Assembly: GCA_963675755.2 (NCBI GenBank) | Contig: CAXXMD010000001.1 | Coordinates: 160,001 to 224,000, forward strand | Direction of reading: 5' to 3' | From: a bacterium | Lineage (GTDB): Bacteria; Zhuqueibacterota; Zhuqueibacteria; Residuimicrobiales; Krinioviventaceae | Length of the DNA stretch: 64,000 nt | Part shown: positions 57,059 to 64,000 of the stretch, one piece after another | Numbering within the stretch: the first letter of the stretch is position 1 | How the letters are laid out: each line of letters opens with the position of its first letter | Notes under the pieces: model-generated | The model's input: the letters and a program-made list of their open reading frames with translations, nothing else | What the model was told of the DNA's origin: nothing | Database searches by the model: none | Program-made: the position numbers and the translations under genes

Positions 57059-57922
57059 ATGAGATATATTATATTTTACATATTATTTTTTTCTATATCA
57101 GTAAATCTGATATTTGCTCAAACAACTGATCCTGTTGTTTTGGCGGTTTCAGATTTTAAAAACAGTACCGGGATTTATAGTATGGGTAACTTTGAAAAAA
57201 GTTTACCCGAGATGCTGAAAACCGAATTATCACAGTCTTCTGAAATTACAATTGTTGAACGCTCAAAACTTGAAGCTGTTTTTAACGAACTTGCTCTAGT
57301 CCAGGCGGGAGTGATCAATTCAGATCAGGCACGTCAGGTTGGCGAGTTGGTAGATGCAAAGTTTGTTTTGACTGGTGAGATCAGTAAAGTGGGTGATCGG
57401 TTTAGGATTGATACTCAGATTATTGATGTGGCTACCGGTAGAGTGTTTGGAGAAAAGGTGACAGGTCCCAATGCAGATGCAATGGAAACCATGGTCCGGG
57501 TTTTAGCCAGTAATATAATTTATAACCTGACAGGTAGTGGTAATGTACAAACTGTACAATATATAAATCAGTATTACGCGCCCTGGGTACTTTTAGCCGG
57601 AACCGGTGCGGCAATAATTACAGGTATGATGCATTCTCAATATAATGATCATTGGGATAAATATAAATCTGCTACCTTGTTGAATGATTTTGATGAACAT
57701 TATGATAAAGCAAACAGTGCTTATAAAACCCGAAATGTTATGCTGGGTGTTACAGCAGGCTTGCTGACAACTGGTGCTGTGTTGTGGTTAAAAAACAAAA
57801 GTAACAGTAACAAAGTAATGGCACTTTATTCTTTTGGAGATGAAACCCAATACTCTATACTTCCGTATTACTGCCATCAAAATAAAGCATTTGGAATTCA
57901 ATTGATGGTGCTATCTTTATGA
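57059..57922 (+). CDS. Exported CsgG/FlgO-like domain protein with C-terminal hydrophobic helices
   Basis: Signal peptide; AVSDF..IVERSKLE..ELAL..VGELVDAKFVLTG..IIDVATG pattern. Confidence 0.65.
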   Translation: MRYIIFYILFFSISVNLIFAQTTDPVVLAVSDFKNSTGIYSMGNFEKSLPEMLKTELSQSSEITIVERSKLEAVFNELALVQAGVINSDQARQVGELVDAKFVLTGEISKVGDRFRIDTQIIDVATGRVFGEKVTGPNADAMETMVRVLASNIIYNLTGSGNVQTVQYINQYYAPWVLLAGTGAAIITGMMHSQYNDHWDKYKSATLLNDFDEHYDKANSAYKTRNVMLGVTAGLLTTGAVLWLKNKSNSNKVMALYSFGDETQYSILPYYCHQNKAFGIQLMVLSL

Positions 57923-58689
57923 TCAAATATAGTTACATTGTGTTGTGCAGTTTGTTTTTTATAACTGTAGCATGTAGCGATCTCGATAGAACGAATCCAC
58001 TTGATCCCAAAAATCCTAACAGTAAAAGAACTGAAACGGTTTTGATTGAATCCTTTGTGAATCAATCGGGGGGAGAGGTTATTACAAGTTCTATTGAAGC
58101 ATTTGAAAGATTGTTGACAGAGTATGGCAAAGAGTCGTTTATTTATCTGGAACATCATATTGAAAAGACAAGTGGAACTGATCCCTGGGCGCTTGATGCC
58201 AGTTTAAGCAGGTATTTGCTACTAGTTCCCCAAACCGATGAACAGGCAATACCGGATGTGATGTTTAACGGCAGTCAGGCAAGGGTGCAGGGTGCATCGG
58301 ACACTGAGGCTGCTTATCAACGTTACAAAATAGCATTGGAAGCTGAATTGACTCGCGAGACGACTTTTACGGTTGAGCAGCAGGCTGCAATCTCTGGTAA
58401 TCAGATAGACGTATCTACCGATATAGCAAAGCTCGGTAATACCAATTCATCGGATATAGTCGTTATTATGGCAGTTATTGAAACAGTAAATACCGGGATT
58501 CGGCAAATTGTGCGTTCATGGGAGTCAGTAAAATCCATTGGTGATTTGGTTCATGGAGAAATTGTCTCAGTTGATCGTAGTATAGATATTCAAAATGATT
58601 GGGATACGGATAATTTAAAATGTGTTGTGTTGGTACAGGACGCTCAGTCATTACAGGTTTTTCAGTGTAACAGTGTTGATTTGAAATGA
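57919..58689 (+). CDS. Lipoprotein, Omp28-like (thioredoxin-like + Ig-like)
   Basis: ITVA-C lipobox, RTNPLDP, VLIESF, IPDVMFNG, VVLVQD..QVFQ. Confidence 0.55.
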   Translation: MIKYSYIVLCSLFFITVACSDLDRTNPLDPKNPNSKRTETVLIESFVNQSGGEVITSSIEAFERLLTEYGKESFIYLEHHIEKTSGTDPWALDASLSRYLLLVPQTDEQAIPDVMFNGSQARVQGASDTEAAYQRYKIALEAELTRETTFTVEQQAAISGNQIDVSTDIAKLGNTNSSDIVVIMAVIETVNTGIRQIVRSWESVKSIGDLVHGEIVSVDRSIDIQNDWDTDNLKCVVLVQDAQSLQVFQCNSVDLK

Positions 58690-59339
58690 AAAGTTTGAAA
58701 ATAAATATCTTTATTATATCATTAATCGGGCTGTTATGTTTATCATGCGGTGTCGTTGAAAAGTTGGCAAACCGGGTACCGGTTATTAAAGATATTCAGG
58801 CAAGCAGATATACAATACTTGTTGGAGATACAGTAACTGTAAGTGTAACTGCAGAAGACCCTGATGACGATGATTTGATATATAGCTGGAGTGCCAATAG
58901 CGGTTCTTTTGATAAACGCAATCAGGCTTCTGTTGTTTGGAAAGCACCATTGATTGAAGATATTTATAACATACAGGTTGTTGTCAAAGATAGTAATGAA
59001 GGTGAGGCTACAGAAAATATGGATATTACCGTGATATCCAATTCTGAGCCAAATGTTAAGATTACAAATCCAGTTGATGGTGATTTTCTGGTTGCAACAC
59101 AGAGTGTGGAAGTTCGTTCAGAAGCAACACCCGTAGCATATATAGACAGAGTAGAATTTTTTATAAATGATCAATTGACGGCAACAGATACAACGCCACC
59201 ATACATGTTTGTGTGGCAGCCTCGTGATTACTCTGGCACAGTAGAAATTAAATCAGTGGCTTTTCGTTCAATACCCAGTAATATTAAAGCAGCCGATTCA
59301 ATTTCAGTTTCAATACAGGGAGTTGTACCAATCCCTTAA
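58686..59339 (+). CDS. Lipoprotein with two Ig-like (PKD/Big) domains
   Basis: CLS-C lipobox; AEDPDDDDLIYSW; P.VKITNP.DG..VEFFIN..DTTPPY.F.W. Confidence 0.7.
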   Translation: MKSLKINIFIISLIGLLCLSCGVVEKLANRVPVIKDIQASRYTILVGDTVTVSVTAEDPDDDDLIYSWSANSGSFDKRNQASVVWKAPLIEDIYNIQVVVKDSNEGEATENMDITVISNSEPNVKITNPVDGDFLVATQSVEVRSEATPVAYIDRVEFFINDQLTATDTTPPYMFVWQPRDYSGTVEIKSVAFRSIPSNIKAADSISVSIQGVVPIP

Positions 59340-59353
59340 TGGACAAGTAGAAA

Positions 59354-60343
59354 ATGGAAAACACTGAGAATATAGAGAATAATATAATCCAGGACGCGAA
59401 ACGTGTTCTGGAAATAGAGTATCAGGCAATAAAAGATATGAAGGACCGGATAGGTCCTGAATTTGCAAAAGCAGTAAATTTGATTCTACAATGCAAAGGT
59501 CGTGTCATTGTAACAGGTATTGGTAAATCAGGAATCATTGGTAAAAAAATTGCGGCTACACTCACAAGTACCGGAACATCGGCAATTTTTTTACATCCTG
59601 CGGAAGGCGTACATGGCGATCTGGGCATGGTTTTGAAAAATGATGTTGTTATTTGTATTTCCAAGAGCGGTAACACAGGTGAGATCAGCAGATTGATACC
59701 TGTCTTTAAAACGATTGGTGTTCCCATTATTACCATGACTGGAAATTTGCGCTCAGCAATAGCAGAACGTAGTGATGTGGTGTTGAATACAAGTGTTCAG
59801 GAAGAAGCGTGTCCTAATGATTTGGCACCTACAGCCAGCACAACCGCAACGCTTGCTATGGGAGATGCATTATCGGTTGCATTGTTGAAAAAAAGAAACT
59901 TTGGTAAAGAAGACTTTGCCTTTTTGCATCCCGGCGGTGCTTTGGGAAGGCAATTAATTAAAACCAGTGAAGTAATGTTTACCGATGATAAAGTGCCCAC
60001 GGTGGCATTAGACGCATCTTTAAAACAGATCATTTTAGAGATAACATCTAAAAGATTTGGTTGTACATGTGTTGTAGAAGCCGATGGTAAGTTGAGTGGT
60101 ATTATTACTGATGGTGATCTTCGGCGTTTAATGCAACGAAATGAAGAAATAAGGCATTTGACTGCTCGAGATATAATGAACAATAAACCCAAGTATGTAG
60201 ATATTGATTGCCTGGCATCCAAAGCACGTCAAATAATGGAAATGCATAATATTATGCAGATGGTTGTAGTAGACAATGAGAAAAAAGTTGTTGGAATGAT
60301 GCACTTGCACGATTTACTGGAAGCGGGAATTGAATCAACGTGA
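59354..60343 (+). CDS. kdsD: Arabinose-5-phosphate isomerase (KpsF/GutQ; SIS + CBS)
   Basis: GIGKSG, HGDLG, APTAST, HPGG.LG, TDGDLRR. Confidence 0.93.
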   Translation: MENTENIENNIIQDAKRVLEIEYQAIKDMKDRIGPEFAKAVNLILQCKGRVIVTGIGKSGIIGKKIAATLTSTGTSAIFLHPAEGVHGDLGMVLKNDVVICISKSGNTGEISRLIPVFKTIGVPIITMTGNLRSAIAERSDVVLNTSVQEEACPNDLAPTASTTATLAMGDALSVALLKKRNFGKEDFAFLHPGGALGRQLIKTSEVMFTDDKVPTVALDASLKQIILEITSKRFGCTCVVEADGKLSGIITDGDLRRLMQRNEEIRHLTARDIMNNKPKYVDIDCLASKARQIMEMHNIMQMVVVDNEKKVVGMMHLHDLLEAGIEST

Positions 60344-61248
60344 TTAGTAAAAAGACAAGAAAAAAAATAAAGAATGATTTAATATATTTTCTAGTCGTCT
60401 TTTTCGTAAAGCTGTTACGGAGTATTTCACGAATTGAGGCCATGCATATTATGCGAGGTGCCGCAAGTTTAGGATTTCGTTTTGCGCGAAAAGAACGTGA
60501 AAAAACAATCCGTCATCTTTCATGGGCGTTTGAAAATAAATCACCAGATGAAATTGAAAAAATGGCAAAATCTGTGTTTTTGCATTTTGCCATGGCAGCA
60601 GTAGATGCTATACGGATGCCGCTGATTCTAAAAGAGGGAATCAATAACTATGTTTCATGTGATCGTCAGGATATTCTCGACCGTCATATAAAAGAGAATA
60701 GCGGTGCAATTATTCTTACCGGTCATGTTGGGAATTGGGAAATGCTTGGAGCATGGCTGGCAAATAATGGCTATCCGCTCAAAGTTGTTGGGACCTCTGC
60801 TTATGATCCACGTTTGGATGAGCTGATAGTTGGTGGCAGAAATATGGCGGGTTATACAAATATTGCCAGAGGAAAAGGAACGCGCGAGATCGTTAGGCAT
60901 TTACGTAATAAAGGATTTTTAGGTATTTTGATAGATCAGGATACCAAAGTAGAAGGTGTATTTGTTAACTTTTTTAATCGTCCTGCTCACACGGCTGTAG
61001 GACCTGTGGTTTTGTCACAAAAAACCGGTGTACCCATAGTGCCAACATTTGCATATATGACACCGGATTATAAATATAAAATTGATGTTGCAGAACCTTT
61101 ACAATTGGTTGAAATGGACGATAAAGATAAAGAGATGGTCAGGAATACGCAAATCTGTTCTGATGAATATCAGAGAATTATTTCCAGGTATCCTACCCAG
61201 TGGGTATGGATGCATGAACGGTGGAAAAAACAACCCAAGGATGTATGA
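60340..61248 (+). CDS. Lipid A lauroyl/late acyltransferase (LpxL/HtrB family)
   Basis: HVGNWE, LIDQD, V.FF, P.QW.W.H.RWK. Confidence 0.88.
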   Translation: MISKKTRKKIKNDLIYFLVVFFVKLLRSISRIEAMHIMRGAASLGFRFARKEREKTIRHLSWAFENKSPDEIEKMAKSVFLHFAMAAVDAIRMPLILKEGINNYVSCDRQDILDRHIKENSGAIILTGHVGNWEMLGAWLANNGYPLKVVGTSAYDPRLDELIVGGRNMAGYTNIARGKGTREIVRHLRNKGFLGILIDQDTKVEGVFVNFFNRPAHTAVGPVVLSQKTGVPIVPTFAYMTPDYKYKIDVAEPLQLVEMDDKDKEMVRNTQICSDEYQRIISRYPTQWVWMHERWKKQPKDV

Positions 61249-61916
61249 AACATTATTATATAAAAATTGCACTGATTATACTTTTTATTTTCTTTTGGGC
61301 GTGTGAAAAAAAAGATCCGGTAAATACTGTTGCCAAAGAGCAGCCATCCATTCCTGATCAGGAAATGTGGAACTTTGAAGTCAAAGTGACAAATCGTGGA
61401 TTGCTGGAAGCGCATTTGCGTTCAGGCCATATGGTATTCTATAGCGATGAGAAAAATCCTCAATCCATTTTAAACCAGGGAGTGCTGGTTGATTTTTATG
61501 ACAAAAATGGGAAAAGGGCGTCTACTTTGACTGCAGATAGCGGTATGTTTAATGAAAAGACCCAGGATGTAAAAGCATTTAGAAATGTTATAGTAGAATC
61601 TGATAGTGGTGTGACCTTGTTTACCGAAGCAATAGAATATGACCAAAAGCGGGAAAAGATTTTTACAGATCTTGATGTGCTCATCACCACAGATAATGGT
61701 GATAGTTTGTGGGGGCATGGGTTTGAATCTGATCCACAAATGAATCATTGGCAGATAACAAAATTGCGAGGTGTTGCACACAAGGGTATGGATATGACTC
61801 AGGATTTTTCAAAACCCAAAAACAAAGAAATTCCTGATACCACCCAGGTTGATTCGATTGGGTTGGAGCCACAATTTGTTTCACCGGATAGTGGTGTTTT
61901 AAATGATGAATCTTGA
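61245..61916 (+). CDS. lptC: LPS export protein LptC (lipoprotein type; start corrected to ATG 61245)
   Basis: FWA-C signal; VDFYD..STLTADSG, G.GFESD; synteny. Confidence 0.8.
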   Translation: MKHYYIKIALIILFIFFWACEKKDPVNTVAKEQPSIPDQEMWNFEVKVTNRGLLEAHLRSGHMVFYSDEKNPQSILNQGVLVDFYDKNGKRASTLTADSGMFNEKTQDVKAFRNVIVESDSGVTLFTEAIEYDQKREKIFTDLDVLITTDNGDSLWGHGFESDPQMNHWQITKLRGVAHKGMDMTQDFSKPKNKEIPDTTQVDSIGLEPQFVSPDSGVLNDES

Positions 61917-63087
61917 TAAATTATTACTATATTGCATTATATTTTTGTTCTTTGTAAATGTTTTTTCAGCGGAAGAAAAAAATACCCGTCCTGTATTGGA
62001 AAATGCAGACAGGGGGTATGGAGAGCTTGTAGACAATCAACAGGTATGGAACTTGTTTGATAATGTTCGCTTTCGTCAGGACAGTGTAATTATGTTGTGT
62101 GACAAAGCCATTCGATATATGGATGAAGAACGAACATTGTTGATTGGTAATGTACAAATATTTGATAGTTCAAAAACTTTGTATGGTGATCAGGTAGATT
62201 ATTACGAGCCTCAAAAATTAGCTCTTGTTAAAGGGAATGTGAAATTTGTAGACAGTACGAAAACCTTTACTTCTGATTTTCTAAAATATTTTCAGGATTC
62301 AGAAATTTTAATTGCTGATTCTAATGTTGTTATCTCGGATAATGTCGAAAACAGTACTCTCACAGGTGCGCATATGGAATATCATCGTGAAGATGGATAT
62401 GCCAAATTGCTCGGTGAACCTGTTTTTACACGAGTCGATACCGTTGAAGATGCCGAATTACTCATAGCAGGTGAGTTAATGGAGATGTTTCATGATGGAG
62501 ACAGCATTCTGGTCAAAGAGAATGTATCAATTCATCAGGGTGAAATATCGGCATTTGGAGATTCACTCAAATATCTCAAAGATGCACAAAAAGTTGTATT
62601 GGAATCTTTTCCTTATGCATTTGAAAATGAGGACAAGTTGACAGGTGAAGCAATTCATTTATATCTTGTTGAAAACAAGGTTAGACGTATCCATGTAATA
62701 GGTAACTCGATAGTTACAACACTAGTAGATACACCTGTTGTTACAACAATTCCATATAATTTGTTGACTGGTGATGAAATTTGGGTTAAATTAAAAGAGC
62801 AAAAAATTGATTCAGTCAACATTATCGGCAAAGCAACCAGCTATTATCACATTATTGAAGATAATGCGGAAAAGGGAATTAATAAAATATTATGTGACGA
62901 ATTGTTGATACTGTTTGCTGATAATATGGTGAAAAAAGTTTATGGAAGCAGTAAACCGGGAATGTCAACCGGCCAGTTTTCACCACCGGGAAACAAGAAA
63001 AAGCTGGAACAGGAATTACGGGAAATGCTGCAAAAGCTTGAAATGATTGAAAATAAAGAATCGGAATCGGATGGAACCAATCAGTAA
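61903..63087 (+). CDS. OstA/LptA-like multi-jellyroll LPS transport protein
   Basis: Signal peptide; repeated GNV.I/F.D beta-jellyroll motifs; lies between lptC and lptB. Confidence 0.78.
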   Translation: MMNLDKLLLYCIIFLFFVNVFSAEEKNTRPVLENADRGYGELVDNQQVWNLFDNVRFRQDSVIMLCDKAIRYMDEERTLLIGNVQIFDSSKTLYGDQVDYYEPQKLALVKGNVKFVDSTKTFTSDFLKYFQDSEILIADSNVVISDNVENSTLTGAHMEYHREDGYAKLLGEPVFTRVDTVEDAELLIAGELMEMFHDGDSILVKENVSIHQGEISAFGDSLKYLKDAQKVVLESFPYAFENEDKLTGEAIHLYLVENKVRRIHVIGNSIVTTLVDTPVVTTIPYNLLTGDEIWVKLKEQKIDSVNIIGKATSYYHIIEDNAEKGINKILCDELLILFADNMVKKVYGSSKPGMSTGQFSPPGNKKKLEQELREMLQKLEMIENKESESDGTNQ

Positions 63088-63823
63088 TGATAGCATGGCA
63101 ATTTTAAGATCTCGGGATCTTGTGAAAAATTATGGAAAGCGCCGTGTAGTTAACAAAGTCAGTATAGAGATTAAAGAAGGTGAAATTGTAGGATTATTGG
63201 GTCCAAACGGAGCCGGCAAAACCACCACCTTTTATATGCTGGTGGGTATGATACGTCCGAATAGTGGTAATATTTTTCTTACAAACACTGATATTACCAA
63301 ATTGCCTATGTATAGAAGGGCCAGGCGGGGTGTTTCTTATTTGCCGCAAGAGGCATCTGTATTCAGGCGATTGACAGTAGAGCAAAATATTATGGCAATA
63401 CTTCAATCACTTCGTTTATCTCGAGCTGAACAAATACAACGGGCACAGTCTTTAATGAATGAATTGCGAATATCTCATCTCAGGAATAACCTTGCGTATA
63501 CACTGTCAGGAGGTGAGCGTAGAAGAGTTGAAATCAGCAGGGCCCTGGCTACCAATCCACGGTTTATTTTGTTGGATGAGCCATTTGCCGGTGTGGATCC
63601 CATTGCTGTTGAAGATATTCAGCAGATTGTTGCACAGTTGAAAAGCAAAGGTATTGGTGTTTTAATTACGGACCATAATGTACATGAGACTCTGTCTATT
63701 ACGGACCGCGCTTATCTTTTGTTTGAGGGCAATGTGTTAAAATCCGGTACGGCTGAATTTTTAGCCAATGATGAAGAAGCCCGTAAATTTTATCTTGGAG
63801 ATAGTTTTAAATTAGATAGATAA
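63071..63823 (+). CDS. lptB: LPS export ABC ATPase LptB
   Basis: [42 protein letters not shown]. Confidence 0.96.
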   Translation: MEPISNDSMAILRSRDLVKNYGKRRVVNKVSIEIKEGEIVGLLGPNGAGKTTTFYMLVGMIRPNSGNIFLTNTDITKLPMYRRARRGVSYLPQEASVFRRLTVEQNIMAILQSLRLSRAEQIQRAQSLMNELRISHLRNNLAYTLSGGERRRVEISRALATNPRFILLDEPFAGVDPIAVEDIQQIVAQLKSKGIGVLITDHNVHETLSITDRAYLLFEGNVLKSGTAEFLANDEEARKFYLGDSFKLDR

Positions 63824-63896
63824 TAACTAAATAAATTGTTATTTAATAATGTTTATAAAAAGACATATCAAAAGAATGAGGAATTTATATTAAGGA

Positions 63897-64000
63897 ATGG
63901 TACGGTTAGGTCAACATCTTAGTTTGCAAATGAAGCAATCACCACAACAGGTTCTGTTGTCATCTTTGCTTCAATTGCCAATCATCAGTCTTGAACAACG
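63897..64000 (+). CDS. rpoN: RNA polymerase sigma-54 factor, N-terminus (3'-truncated); not in ORF track
   Basis: Manual translation MVRLGQHLSLQMKQSPQQVLLSSLLQLPIISLEQ resembles RpoN region I; conserved lptB-rpoN order. Confidence 0.8.
   Translation, partial: MVRLGQHLSLQMKQSPQQVLLSSLLQLPIISLEQ

Overview
64-kb core chromosomal segment of an AT-rich diderm bacterium. All credible genes are on the + strand. RpoB/RpoC insertions, EF-Tu GDNAG, the envelope gene set and real Shine-Dalgarno/sigma70 signals suggest a non-Bacteroidia FCB lineage such as KSB1 or Calditrichota (inference). Order: cysS (5'-truncated); tRNA-Thr/Tyr/Gly/Thr-tuf-rpmG-tRNA-Trp-secE-nusG-rplKAJL-rpoBC; rpsL-rpsG-fusA-tuf; complete S10-spc-alpha cluster; lipoprotein + FadL-like barrel + TPR lipoprotein; rpiB-glyA-nrdR-rnfCDGEA; tatC-PHP; MBL hydrolase; Vor-type 2-oxoacid:ferredoxin oxidoreductase; RNase E/G; rplU-rpmA; gatC-kdsB-pyrG-kdsA-[3 exported proteins]-kdsD-lipid A acyltransferase-lptC-lptA-like-lptB-rpoN (3'-truncated). 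I saw no CRISPR array, prophage or mobile element, and I cannot claim a clearly new system. The best leads are three unannotated structured intergenic RNAs (before fusA, before the MBL hydrolase, before RNase E/G), a KdsA with altered substrate-selecting motifs followed by a coupled three-gene envelope cassette, a possibly specialised EF-G, a BamH/BamG-like gene pair, an acidic TatC extension and an rnf cluster lacking rnfB.
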